From a virus, in the IMG/VR virus record IMGVR_UViG_3300030250_000026: 54,237 nucleotides of DNA. One strand, given 5' to 3'. Both the position numbers and the translations under genes were made by a program. Position 1 is the first letter of the stretch, and every line of letters starts with the position of its first letter. Below, piece after piece: positions 1 to 9,741 of the stretch. The notes beneath the pieces were generated by a model. That model had not been told where the DNA came from, did no database searches, and saw only the letters and a list, made by a program, of their open reading frames with translations.

Positions 1-99
1 AGTAAAAACGACAAGAACCATAAAAGACAGTTCAAATGGAGAGATAATAACTGAAGTTGGAGGAAAAGAAACTACAAAAACGCATGACGAAAAAGCTGT
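1..99. repeat. Terminal overlap, identical to 54139-54237 (circular closure or terminal redundancy)
   Basis: Direct comparison of both ends: AGTAAAAACGACAAGAACC...GACGAAAAAGCTGT occurs at both. Confidence 0.95.
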
Positions 100-658
100 G
101 GTGACAAACGATAAAATCATTTTTGATACAACGATAGAAACGGTTACTAAAGATATTATGACGGGAAAGTCTGAAACGAAGCAGGAAACAGACCATCAAG
201 AGACGGACAAAGAAGTTTTTCCGAATTTTATGGAGGATTTCGAAGAAGCCGATATCAAGCGAGAAAGCGAGAGTGACCCTATCATAAAAGAGTATACAAA
301 AAAAGAATATGCCGTCTACGACTATTCATCAGACAATGTTGTTGAAACGCAGAAGGCTTACCTTATCACTCGTCCATTCAAGTTGGGTGAACCAGATGTG
401 CACAAGAGTTTGCAGGGTGTTATTCAGCGTGGTGTGTTCTGCAACAAGAATGATGTGAAGCAGTGCTTGTATGCGAGCAATGACTTGTACAGGTGGGTTC
501 CGGTGCATTCGAGTGACAGCATTTATATGCGTGGCATGAGGGGTACGGGTTATAAGTACTTTAGGGAGATATTGTTTTTGCCGGAGTTCAAGCAGGACGA
601 GGTGTTGCATGGTGCAACGGTGGAGTATGTGCCAAGAATGACGAACAAGATGAGATAA
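2..658 (+). CDS. C-terminal part of the wrap-around 1,033-aa ORF that begins at 51695 (large virion/tail-associated protein candidate)
   Basis: The frame of 51695.. continues through the 99-bp overlap into this frame and stops at 656-658. The GTG start at 98 in the ORF track is an artefact of window linearisation. Confidence 0.8.
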   Translation, partial: VKTTRTIKDSSNGEIITEVGGKETTKTHDEKAVVTNDKIIFDTTIETVTKDIMTGKSETKQETDHQETDKEVFPNFMEDFEEADIKRESESDPIIKEYTKKEYAVYDYSSDNVVETQKAYLITRPFKLGEPDVHKSLQGVIQRGVFCNKNDVKQCLYASNDLYRWVPVHSSDSIYMRGMRGTGYKYFREILFLPEFKQDEVLHGATVEYVPRMTNKMR

Positions 659-661
659 GGT

Positions 662-2797
662 GTGAGTGAGGTTGCGGACATATTGCGAGAGAATGAGCGG
701 CGCAATGCTGAGGTGTTTGCTCCCTTCAACCCTGTGACGGGTGAGGGGAGCATACTTGCGCGTGTGCGTGTGGAGGTGTCGGACTTTCCGATACGCGTGC
801 AGTGGCTGCCTGAGTGTATGCTTGATGTGCCGCTGGTGAAGCGCCTGGTTGAGGCTGGCAGTGTGGCTGCATTTTATGAGGGGCTTGGTGAGGAGCAGGC
901 TTATACGGAGGAGGTGTATCAGTATATAGTGCGCAAGTTTGTGCGTGTGAGGTGTATGTATGACTTTCCGTTTTGGGCTGTGATGTATGTGCTGATTAGC
1001 AACAAGACGGGTGGCGATGACATACATTTTAGCTTGAACAGGCCTCAGCGTTTGCTGGTGACGCGTTTTGAGGAGATGCGTATGAATGGTGAGCCAATCC
1101 GTCTGATATTGCTGAAGGCTCGCCAGTGGGGTGGTTCGACTGCTACGCAGATATATATGGCGTGGTTGCAGTTGGTGCATAAGACTGGTTTGAACTCGCT
1201 GATTGTGGGGCATGTGAAGGACGCATCGTATGAGGTGCGTGACATGTTTGACAAGATGATTGATGAGTACCCTGTGGAGTTGCTTCATGAGATTGGCGAG
1301 AGCTATGACCCTAATGAGGCGAAGATAGAGGGTGTGGGGAACAGTGGCAACATAAGGCGTATACCGCAGCGTAACTGCAAGATAAAGATTGGTTCGTATG
1401 AGAAGCCGGAGTCGGCGCGTGGTGGTGCTTACAGTTTGGTGCATTGTACGGAGGTGGGGCTGTGGAGTCCGACGGAAAACAAGAGTCCGGAGAAGGTTGT
1501 GCGTTCAGCTTGTGCTGGTATTACGCTGAAGCCGCTGACGATGATAGTGTATGAGAGTACGGCGAATGGTACGGGCAACTTTTTTGAGCGGGAGTATAAT
1601 GCGGCTAAGGAGAGTGATGCGCACATAAGGCGTGGTGAGGAGAGCACTTCGCAGTTCAGGTCGTTGTTTGTGGCATGGTATCAGATTGAGATATACAGGC
1701 GTGAGTTTGAGAGTGATGAGGCGAGGCGGTTGTTTGCCCTGGCGCTTGTAAGAAACAAGCATAATGCTTATACGCCGACGAACCGTGCGGAGGCCGGCCG
1801 CTACTTGTGGTACTTGTGGGAGTGTGGTGCGACGTTGGAGGCGATAGCGTGGTATGTGGAGGAGCGCAAGAAGTATACGGACCATGGTGACATGGCGAGC
1901 GAGTACCCGACAGATGACAATGAGGCGTTTGTGTATTCGGGTTGCAAGGTGTTTGACAAGATGCTTGTGGAGGCTTTCCGCCCTGCCTGCCGTGAGCCTC
2001 GGTATGTGGGTGACATTTATGCTGATGGCGACGAGGGCAAGGAGGCGATGCAGCATATAAGGTTTAAGGAGGACCGGACGGGGCTGCTGTGCGTGTGGGA
2101 GAAGCCCGACATAGATGATGCGGAGAAGGTGCGTGACCGTTACCTTGTGGTGGTGGATATTGGTGGGCGGTCGGCGAAGGCTGACTGGTCGGTGATATGT
2201 GTGATAGACCGCATGTATTTGATGAGTGGTGACAGGCCGGAGGTGGTGGCTCAGTGGTATGGGCACATAGACATGGACTTGCTGGCGTGGAAGGCGGCTC
2301 AGATAGCGAAGTGGTATGATGATGCGTTGCTTGTGATAGAGAGCAACACGCTGGAGACGAAGGACAGGGAACGCATGGTAGATGGTGACCAGTCGCAATT
2401 TATATTGTACAAGGTGAAAGACGTGTATGACAATTTGTATGCGCGCGAGCAGAGTGAGGACGAGATACGTGAGGGTGCTCCGAAGATGTATGGGTTCCAC
2501 ACTAATGTGAAGACGAAGCCGAAGATTATATCGGAACTTGTGAAGGTGGTGCGCGAGCACTTGTATACGGAACGTGACGGCCGCTGCCTTGATGAGTACT
2601 TGACGTATGAGCAGAAGCAGAATGGTGCTTATGGTGCGATAGCCGGCAAGCATGATGACTTGTTGATGACGCGGGCGATAGGTTTGTATATAGCCTATAA
2701 CTTTAAGGTTATGCCGCTGCCAAGTGTTGTGCCGCGCCGCCTTAAGAGGATTGAGCCGCGCAGCCATGTGGACCGGATAACGGAGGCGGTCATCTGA
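662..2797 (+). CDS. terL: Terminase large subunit
   Basis: 711 aa. Walker-A-like LLKARQWGGSTA, Walker-B-like SLVHCTEVG, and a C-terminal RNaseH-like nuclease segment LVVVDIGGRSAKADWSVICVID. Sits at the head of the head-gene block. Confidence 0.85.
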   Translation: MSEVADILRENERRNAEVFAPFNPVTGEGSILARVRVEVSDFPIRVQWLPECMLDVPLVKRLVEAGSVAAFYEGLGEEQAYTEEVYQYIVRKFVRVRCMYDFPFWAVMYVLISNKTGGDDIHFSLNRPQRLLVTRFEEMRMNGEPIRLILLKARQWGGSTATQIYMAWLQLVHKTGLNSLIVGHVKDASYEVRDMFDKMIDEYPVELLHEIGESYDPNEAKIEGVGNSGNIRRIPQRNCKIKIGSYEKPESARGGAYSLVHCTEVGLWSPTENKSPEKVVRSACAGITLKPLTMIVYESTANGTGNFFEREYNAAKESDAHIRRGEESTSQFRSLFVAWYQIEIYRREFESDEARRLFALALVRNKHNAYTPTNRAEAGRYLWYLWECGATLEAIAWYVEERKKYTDHGDMASEYPTDDNEAFVYSGCKVFDKMLVEAFRPACREPRYVGDIYADGDEGKEAMQHIRFKEDRTGLLCVWEKPDIDDAEKVRDRYLVVVDIGGRSAKADWSVICVIDRMYLMSGDRPEVVAQWYGHIDMDLLAWKAAQIAKWYDDALLVIESNTLETKDRERMVDGDQSQFILYKVKDVYDNLYAREQSEDEIREGAPKMYGFHTNVKTKPKIISELVKVVREHLYTERDGRCLDEYLTYEQKQNGAYGAIAGKHDDLLMTRAIGLYIAYNFKVMPLPSVVPRRLKRIEPRSHVDRITEAVI

Positions 2798-3206
2798 CTT
2801 GAATGGTGGTTCTGTTTTTACGTCGGAGGTTGTTGATGATGGCTTTGGCTTGTGATGCGGAGAGGTAGAACTTTGGTGCTGGTGCCGAAACTACTCTGCA
2901 TACAATTTGGCTCATGCTGAGAGATGGTGACTGGGATTTGAGGGCTTTGCAGCGTGTGAAGATTTCGTTGTACATTTCGCGTTTGCAGTGTGTGACGATG
3001 ACGGGCAGTCCGCGCATCATGCGGCCTATGACGATGGTGGCCCTTTCCTCGCTGACCCAAAAGCGTGAGCAAGGGTTCATGACTACTTGTTTGAATAGTT
3101 TTTCCATGTTGACGTGGCTGCACTCGTGCAGCAGTTGGCGGAAGGCGGTCATGAGTTCGCGTTCGCGTTGTTGCTTGTAGTAAGATGTAGACCCGATGTG
3201 TTTCAT
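2790..3206 (-). CDS. Hypothetical protein, opposite strand inside the late region
   Basis: 138-aa ORF convergent with terL (8-nt 3' overlap). No recognisable motif. Coding-like composition. Confidence 0.5.
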   Translation of the reverse strand: MKHIGSTSYYKQQRERELMTAFRQLLHECSHVNMEKLFKQVVMNPCSRFWVSEERATIVIGRMMRGLPVIVTHCKREMYNEIFTRCKALKSQSPSLSMSQIVCRVVSAPAPKFYLSASQAKAIINNLRRKNRTTIQVR

Positions 3207-3219
3207 GTGGTGCGGTATA

Positions 3220-3266
3220 AAAAGAAAAGCCCCATGCGCCTACTTGATAGTAGTTGCGCATGGGGC
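3220..3266 (-). terminator. Strong hairpin (11-bp stem GCCCCATGCGC/GCGCATGGGGC) with a T-run on the minus strand
   Basis: Perfect stem at 3229-3239/3256-3266, followed by TTTTCTTTT on the minus strand. It lies immediately upstream of the minus-strand gene start, so it may be a terminator or a leader structure. Confidence 0.4.
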
Positions 3267-3424
3267 GTAAATGTTCAGCCTTTAGTATGAGATGATGCAA
3301 AGTTACGGAAAATCAGTGATTTAGCATAAGAAATGTGTGATAGCTGTTATGTGTGGTTGGAAATAAAGCATCATCGCGTGTAAAATGAACGAAATTTGCT
3401 TATAGTAATATAAACTTAAAAGAG

Positions 3425-4201
3425 ATGGCAGAACAAGATAAGGTGCAGATGCCTGTGGAAACGGGTGCTGTGAATGAGGAGCCGAAGAAGTCGAAGCGTG
3501 ACATGTTGCGCGAACGCTTGTCGAAGAAGTACCCCGACAAGAATTTTGATGACGATGAGGCTTTTGCGGATCAGGTGAATGCAGATTATGATGATTATGA
3601 CAACAAGATAGCCGGTTACAAGAAGAGTGAGCAGGCGTTGTCGGACATGTTTGCGAGTGACCCGCGCTCGGCAAATTTCCTCATAGACTGGAAGGAGGGT
3701 TCGGACCCCGTGATTGCACTTGTGCGTAATTATGGCAGTGACATTGTGGCGGCTGTGGACGACCCCGAACGTCAAGAAGAGATGGCGGAGGCGAACAAGG
3801 CGTATATAGAGCGCATGAACCGCAACAAGGCCCTTGAAGAAGAGTATAAGGAGAACTTGAACCAGTCGTTGCAGATGATGCAGGAGGCGCAGGAGCAGAA
3901 TGGCTGGAGTGACGAGCAGGTAGATGCGGCATGGCAGCAGTTGTTCAAGATAGTAGATGATGCTGTGATGGGCAAGTTTGACCCCGAAACACTGAAGTTG
4001 CTGATGAATGGCAGCAACTATGACAAGGCTGTGGCGACAGCTCAGCAAGAGGGTGAGATAAAGGGCCGCAATGCGAAGATAGAGGAGAAGCTTAGAAAGC
4101 AGCAACAGAGTGACGGGACGGCCCACCTTAATGGTAAGAACGGACGTGCTCCGCGCCGTACTGCCGACCAAAGTATTTTTGCCCTGGCATCGCAAGCCTA
4201 A
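3425..4201 (+). CDS. Capsid scaffolding protein candidate
   Basis: 258 aa, very acidic, coiled-coil rich, with a basic C-terminus. Located directly upstream of the major capsid gene. Confidence 0.55.
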   Translation: MAEQDKVQMPVETGAVNEEPKKSKRDMLRERLSKKYPDKNFDDDEAFADQVNADYDDYDNKIAGYKKSEQALSDMFASDPRSANFLIDWKEGSDPVIALVRNYGSDIVAAVDDPERQEEMAEANKAYIERMNRNKALEEEYKENLNQSLQMMQEAQEQNGWSDEQVDAAWQQLFKIVDDAVMGKFDPETLKLLMNGSNYDKAVATAQQEGEIKGRNAKIEEKLRKQQQSDGTAHLNGKNGRAPRRTADQSIFALASQA

Positions 4202-4204
4202 GGC

Positions 4205-4405
4205 ATGCAGACTTATATAGAGATGAAAAATATTGAAGACGAAGAAACCATACAATTTCCTAAAGATGTTGTTAGAGCAGGGCGTGGCAGTGTGGGAGTG
4301 AGAAGTCAGGTGCCTGGCATTGCTACAACGGTGTCGGCTGTGGCTGAGGCTACTGGCGGGCTGCATGGTGGAAGTCTTTTTGTAAAAAGCAGAACAGAGA
4401 AATAA
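4205..4405 (+). CDS. Small ORF paralogous to the N-terminal arm of the major capsid protein
   Basis: GSVGVRSQVPGIATTVSAVAEATGGLHGG in this ORF versus GSVGLKTQVSGQATTVSAAADATGGVGAG in the next ORF. Confidence 0.5.
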   Translation: MQTYIEMKNIEDEETIQFPKDVVRAGRGSVGVRSQVPGIATTVSAVAEATGGLHGGSLFVKSRTEK

Positions 4406-4428
4406 ACCTTTTAATAATTTAGAGAACT

Positions 4429-5943
4429 ATGGCAGAGAACGTACAAGTAACTACGTCTAACGTAACCCCGCAGCCCGGCAGCGTGGGTTTGAAAACACAG
4501 GTGTCGGGACAGGCCACTACCGTGTCGGCAGCAGCAGATGCAACTGGCGGTGTGGGTGCAGGCAACTTTATAGAACAAGACCTTGATGCTGAACTTTTTG
4601 CCTTTAAGGGTGACGATACCCCGTTGATGCAGCTGATGCTGAAGGCCAAGACTGTGAATGTGAACTCTCCGGAGGTGGAGCATTACATGATAGACGAGCC
4701 TCGCAGTTCGGTGGTGACAGCGAATGCAGTGGAGAAGGACGACACGAAGAATGCCTTTGAACTGCCTCTTGCCTCGGAAGACCAGAACATACCTCAGGAA
4801 TATGGCACTTTGCTTGTGAAGGGTGTGAATGGTTATGCCGAAGATGGTCAGACCGAAACCCCTGGCAAGGACCTCATGCTGTTTGTGACCGGCCGTGCAA
4901 GCAATGGTAACCCGATTGTGCGTGCCACTAATGGCAAGAAGAAGTTGAAGACAGACCAGTTCTGCACGGTGCCAGCCATTCCTGCAAACTCTGAGATTGT
5001 GATTTTGTCGAATGCGCTTTATGAGACCCAGAAGGAAGTTGCCCCCGACTTGATTGTGCCTCAACCAACTACGGTGTACTTGCAGAAGCGAGGCATGAAC
5101 CAAATTGTGTCAGACTACTTTGAGAGTCAGCGAAAGCATATCCCATTCTCGCAAGCCTTGATTGCAGAGCAGGCAATTACCAACTTCAAGACCCGTTGCA
5201 ACCGCACACTTTGGGCGGGCAGAAAGAGCAAGTTTTCGGTTAATGTGCCGAAGCTTGGTGCGCAGACAGTTTACACGACTGAGGGTATTCGCTGGCAGTT
5301 CAAGCGTGAATTGCAGCACACTGGCAAGTGGACTGTGGAGAAGATTATAGCCCTGGCGAAGATGTTCTTCACTGGTGAAGATGTGCCCAAGACCGGTATT
5401 TTGCTTGCCGGCAAGAATTTGCTTGAACAGATTCAGTGTATAGACTATTCAAAGCACCCCGAAATTCAGATTACTACCAAGACAAACCCTGTGGGTTGGG
5501 TGGTGACAAACTTCCATACCGTATTTGGTGACATCGAAATAAAGCGTGAGCCTACTCTTGACAAACTTGGCTGGAGCAACAGTGGTGCGCTGATTGGTGA
5601 GAACCGTCTTGTGCACTACAAGCGTACGAGTGACCATGAGTTCAGCGACAAGGTGGAAGGTGAAGAGGCTACACGCAAGGGTATGATTGTGTGGGACGGC
5701 CTTGCTCTGAAGGGTGCTTGTCACATGTTCATAAACGGTGAGGGCGATGGTGCCAATCATGACTCTGTGGTATATATCCAGTGGGACAAGGAGACAGCTC
5801 CCGATGTGTCGTCGGCAGGCAATGTGGTATACTACTTGCTGAACGATTGCCCTGCATTGAGCCAGAGTGCCAAGGCCGGTACGATGTGGCGACACAACGG
5901 CACGGCATGGGAAGAGTATGCTGGTGAGATTGTGTTTGACTAA
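4429..5943 (+). CDS. Major capsid protein candidate
   Basis: 504 aa. Follows the scaffold-like gene, has a good RBS context, and its size is typical of large HK97-fold capsid proteins. No motif-level proof. Confidence 0.65.
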   Translation: MAENVQVTTSNVTPQPGSVGLKTQVSGQATTVSAAADATGGVGAGNFIEQDLDAELFAFKGDDTPLMQLMLKAKTVNVNSPEVEHYMIDEPRSSVVTANAVEKDDTKNAFELPLASEDQNIPQEYGTLLVKGVNGYAEDGQTETPGKDLMLFVTGRASNGNPIVRATNGKKKLKTDQFCTVPAIPANSEIVILSNALYETQKEVAPDLIVPQPTTVYLQKRGMNQIVSDYFESQRKHIPFSQALIAEQAITNFKTRCNRTLWAGRKSKFSVNVPKLGAQTVYTTEGIRWQFKRELQHTGKWTVEKIIALAKMFFTGEDVPKTGILLAGKNLLEQIQCIDYSKHPEIQITTKTNPVGWVVTNFHTVFGDIEIKREPTLDKLGWSNSGALIGENRLVHYKRTSDHEFSDKVEGEEATRKGMIVWDGLALKGACHMFINGEGDGANHDSVVYIQWDKETAPDVSSAGNVVYYLLNDCPALSQSAKAGTMWRHNGTAWEEYAGEIVFD

Positions 5944-6004
5944 CGATGTTACTAACATGAAGGTGCTGCCAAAGCAATAGGTGGCACCTTCGTATAAACT
6001 CTAA

Positions 6005-6433
6005 ATGATGAGAGAGATGAAAACTTATGGTGTTTATGGCCTTATGGACTGGCAGCCCATCATACGTGTTGGCCGTGCGAAGTTCTGCCCGCTGTTTACG
6101 GGCGGTGGTGCGACGGCATACGGGCAGACACCTGCAAAATATGCGACGTCGAATGAAGTGTGCCAGCGCATTATAGAGAACTCTGACTACTTTAAGTCGG
6201 GGCATATCAAGTTGCTTTACTCGAACGAGATTGAAGAGGCAAAGGATTTGGAGGTGTGTGCTGAGAGTCATGATGATGGTGCCGAATATGTGGAGAAGGT
6301 GTTCCCCTCTATGGGTGATGCCGCATCGTATGTGGCAGACAGTTTTGGTACTCCGAAGTCGAAGTTGCGTACACGCGATGCTATTGTGTCGGCAGGCAAG
6401 GCACATAATGTAAACATTAAAATAGCAGATTAG
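6005..6433 (+). CDS. Hypothetical head-module protein
   Basis: 142-aa ORF between the capsid and portal genes. Confidence 0.5.
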   Translation: MMREMKTYGVYGLMDWQPIIRVGRAKFCPLFTGGGATAYGQTPAKYATSNEVCQRIIENSDYFKSGHIKLLYSNEIEEAKDLEVCAESHDDGAEYVEKVFPSMGDAASYVADSFGTPKSKLRTRDAIVSAGKAHNVNIKIAD

Positions 6434-6444
6434 AGGGACTGAAT

Positions 6445-8445
6445 ATGGAATTGCACTCACTATCCAAGGTTAAGCCGGAGGAGGCTGACGGCATGGACTC
6501 TGTAAAGCGTGACAAGTTGCACAATTCGCAGCGTGCCTATGACGTGCTTGCCATGGCTCAGACATATTGGAGCAACATGGACGATTTCCGTCGTGAGCGT
6601 GAGCGCAACAAACGCTACACCTATGGCGACCAGTGGGACGACACAATCACTGTGGACGGGTGTCGCATGACTGAGGGGGAATATATCCAGAAGCAGGGCA
6701 ATGTGCCGTTGAAGAATAACTTGATACGCCGCCTGGTGCGCAACGTGATAGGTGTGTACCGCTCGCAGTCGAAGGAGCCGGTATGCAATGCGCGTGACCG
6801 CGATGAGCAGAAGCTTGGTGAGACGATGAGCACTGTGCTGCAATATAATATGCAGCTCAACCGCATGAATGAGTTGTATGCGCGCACGATGGAGGAATAT
6901 ATGGTGGGTGCGTTTGTTGTTCACCGCAAATGGTATGGTTGGCGTAATGACAAGTTGGACTGCTGGACGGACTATGTGAACCCAAACCGTTTCTTTGTTG
7001 ATACAAACATGCGCGACTTCAGAGGGTGGGACGTGACGTGTTGTGGCGAGATACATGACATATCGTTTGGCGACCTGCTTGGGCAGTTTGCTCAGACGCC
7101 GTCGGACTATGAACGTCTTGCCAACATATATCGTGCGGCCAACAATATGCGTGGTTTTGTGAGTGCGCGTGCAAGTTTTGGTGTGTCGACGCATAGGAAG
7201 GACATAGACTTTTTGTTGAACACCGACGAGTCGCTTTGCAGGGTGATAGAGGTGTGGCGCAAGGAGACGAAGCCCCGCTACCGATGTCACGATTACAACA
7301 ATGGTGACGTGTTCAAGATAGACGTGAATGACAAGAAGGCTCTTGTAGACGATGTGAACCAGCAACGTTTGGAACAAGGGTTGTCGTTGGGCATGGCTAA
7401 GGAGGACATTCCGTTGGTTAAGGCAGAGTGGTTTGTGGACAGTTATTGGTACTACTACTACCTTACCCCGTTTGGTGACATACTTGCTGAGGGTGAAACG
7501 CCTTATGCGCACAAAAGTCACCCCTATGTGTTCAAGGCATATCCGTTCATTGACGGCGAGATACATTCGTTTGTGAGTGATGTGATAGACCAGCAGCGTT
7601 ATGCTAACCGCCTTGTGACGCTGTATGACTGGATAATGCGTGCGAGTGCGAAGGGCGTGCTGTTGGTTCCGGACGAATGCCTTGGCGACCAGAGTCCTGA
7701 GGATTTTGCAGATGCGTGGACTCGATTTAATGGTGTGGTGTTGTATCATGCGAAGCCTGGTGTGCCTGCCCCGACACAGGTGGCAAACAATTCGACAAAC
7801 ATAGGTATTAGCGAGTTGCTTAACTTGCAGTTGAAGTTCTTTGAGGATATAAGCGGTGTGCATGGTGCGCTACAAGGACGTCAGGGTACTACTGGCACGA
7901 GTGGCACGTTGTATGCGCAGCAGGCGCAGAATGCAACGACTTCGTTGCTTGACTTGCTGGATTCGTTTTCGCAATTTGTGGTAGATGCCGCATACAAGGA
8001 CGTGAAGAACATTCAGCAGTTTTATGACCAGAAGCGTACCTTTAACATAGCCGGCCGCCAGGCCACGCAGATTGAGTATGACCCGGAAAAAATTCGTGAT
8101 ACCGAATTTGACTTGAGCATAGTGGAGAGCACGGCCACCCCCGTGTACAGACAGATTGCGAATGACTATCTTGTGCAGTTCTGGCAGTCGGGGCAGATTA
8201 CCTTGCAGCAGTTGCTTGAGGTGGGCGACTTTACGTTTGCGGACCAGTTGTTGCAGAGCATTAAGAGCCAGCAGCAACAGATGCAGCAGGGACAGACACC
8301 AGAAAGTGTGCCGCCAGAGCTGATGCAGCAGGCGCAGAATGGTGCTGACATGAATGCGGTGAACAAGCTGTATGGTGCGATGAAAGGCGAAGACAATGAT
8401 GAGGCCCAACAGTATGGAGGACCACAAACACCTAATGAGCAATGA
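6445..8445 (+). CDS. Portal protein
   Basis: 666 aa. Has the N-terminal pattern KRYTYGDQWDD...GNVPLKNNLIRRLVRNVIG typical of portal families, and a Q-rich acidic C-terminus. Confidence 0.7.
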   Translation: MELHSLSKVKPEEADGMDSVKRDKLHNSQRAYDVLAMAQTYWSNMDDFRRERERNKRYTYGDQWDDTITVDGCRMTEGEYIQKQGNVPLKNNLIRRLVRNVIGVYRSQSKEPVCNARDRDEQKLGETMSTVLQYNMQLNRMNELYARTMEEYMVGAFVVHRKWYGWRNDKLDCWTDYVNPNRFFVDTNMRDFRGWDVTCCGEIHDISFGDLLGQFAQTPSDYERLANIYRAANNMRGFVSARASFGVSTHRKDIDFLLNTDESLCRVIEVWRKETKPRYRCHDYNNGDVFKIDVNDKKALVDDVNQQRLEQGLSLGMAKEDIPLVKAEWFVDSYWYYYYLTPFGDILAEGETPYAHKSHPYVFKAYPFIDGEIHSFVSDVIDQQRYANRLVTLYDWIMRASAKGVLLVPDECLGDQSPEDFADAWTRFNGVVLYHAKPGVPAPTQVANNSTNIGISELLNLQLKFFEDISGVHGALQGRQGTTGTSGTLYAQQAQNATTSLLDLLDSFSQFVVDAAYKDVKNIQQFYDQKRTFNIAGRQATQIEYDPEKIRDTEFDLSIVESTATPVYRQIANDYLVQFWQSGQITLQQLLEVGDFTFADQLLQSIKSQQQQMQQGQTPESVPPELMQQAQNGADMNAVNKLYGAMKGEDNDEAQQYGGPQTPNEQ

Positions 8446-9167
8446 ACAGTTACTTGATAGATGAGATGGTGAAGGACGTGCGTATAGCAATAGACAACAA
8501 CACGGAGGATAAGGAGTTGTTGGAATTTGCTGATACTGACACGTTGATGCTGCAAGACATAGTGCGCGCCAAGGTGGTAGATGCTGCCAATATGATAGTG
8601 CGCGATGCGCCAGTGGATATGCTTGATGGTGGTGTGGTGGCGGACTTGAAGGGCATGGTGAAACTGAACAAGGTGTATGACACGGACACCATGCAGTATG
8701 CAGTGGTGAGGCTTGACAGAAGTTTTATGCGCCTGGTGAGTTTCAAAATGGCTGATTGGAATATGGCTGTGACGGAGGCCATCAGTCCCGACAGTGCTTT
8801 GTATGCCATGCAGCGCAGCAGAATAGAGGGTGTGCGTGGCAACAAGGAGCGTCCGGTGGTGGCTGTTGTTCCGTCGAATGTGTCGGGCGGGTATGACTTG
8901 GAGGCGTACTCTACGAAGTCGGACAATGCTTTAATGACTTATATGCCGTATGCAAGTTTGTCAAGCGATGGTGCGTCGATTGAGCTGCCCGTTCACTTGT
9001 ACAGTGCGATTGTGTATGCCACGGCCTATCTGACTGCTTTGGCCTTTGGTGCTGGCGAGCAAGCGGCCAATTTGCTACGTGTGGCACATGAACTGGCGCA
9101 TATCAGTGATGCGGCACCTGATTATGTGCAACAGCCGCAACAACCATTACAACAAGAAGAGCAATGA
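8442..9167 (+). CDS. Head-completion / adaptor-like structural protein
   Basis: 241 aa, start overlaps the portal stop (ATGA). Its C-terminal helical pattern resembles the three paralogues at 49490-51365. Confidence 0.4.
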   Translation: MNSYLIDEMVKDVRIAIDNNTEDKELLEFADTDTLMLQDIVRAKVVDAANMIVRDAPVDMLDGGVVADLKGMVKLNKVYDTDTMQYAVVRLDRSFMRLVSFKMADWNMAVTEAISPDSALYAMQRSRIEGVRGNKERPVVAVVPSNVSGGYDLEAYSTKSDNALMTYMPYASLSSDGASIELPVHLYSAIVYATAYLTALAFGAGEQAANLLRVAHELAHISDAAPDYVQQPQQPLQQEEQ

Positions 9168-9700
9168 AGAAAGATTGGAAAGACATAGAGGGCCATAAGT
9201 TCCGCATTGACGTGGGTTCAACATTAAGACAGGCCATGTCGGATGATATGCCTGCCGAGGTGTTGTGCTTTACTACTGACGGGCATATTGTGATGAATGG
9301 TTTGGAGTTTCCGGACCTTGATGCAGTGAAGACCGAGCTCAGACGTGAGTTGTTCAGCTACAAGATAGATGAGTCGGTGTTCGGTTTGACTGCTGATATG
9401 TCTCGCAATGAGGTGGAGAAGATTATGGATAAGCCGCTATTTGACGAGATAGTTGACGCGATAACCAATGGTAAGACTCTCTATGTTGGTGAAGGATATG
9501 TGGACGGCAGGTATAGTGTGGTGCATACTATTACTGGCAAGAACTTTAGGGAGCTGGACTTGACGTATAAGGACAACCGCGTGGTGTTGCGTAATTACGT
9601 TCCATTGAGTTCGGTTGAGGTGTACTATGGCGGCGGTTCCCGTTTGTTGAAGCTTGAAAACGATGTTGAAGAGTTGAAGGACCTCCTTACTATGGCTTAG
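9164..9700 (+). CDS. Fibre/appendage-like protein sharing an N-terminal module with the 10788 gene
   Basis: MKKDWKDIEGHKFRIDVGSTLRQAM...DGHIVMNG versus MAKKDWSEMEGLPWRLDVGSTLEEAM...DGQIVMNG. Confidence 0.45.
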   Translation: MKKDWKDIEGHKFRIDVGSTLRQAMSDDMPAEVLCFTTDGHIVMNGLEFPDLDAVKTELRRELFSYKIDESVFGLTADMSRNEVEKIMDKPLFDEIVDAITNGKTLYVGEGYVDGRYSVVHTITGKNFRELDLTYKDNRVVLRNYVPLSSVEVYYGGGSRLLKLENDVEELKDLLTMA

Positions 9701-9741
9701 ACAGAACCTAATTTTTATAAACAATTAAACTATTAACAGAG

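Noticed and set aside
98-658. A 186-aa ORF listed as an independent gene starting at GTG 98
   Set aside because: The frame is open from position 2 and is continuous with the ORF entering from 51695 through the 99-bp terminal overlap. The start at 98 is an artefact of the window boundary.
329-2767. Long minus-strand ORFs (371 aa and 420 aa) antisense to the wrap-around gene and terL
   Set aside because: They are fully nested in longer ORFs with recognisable terminase motifs. Their translations are His/Leu/Arg/Thr-rich and low-complexity. These are shadow ORFs caused by the codon bias of the sense strand.
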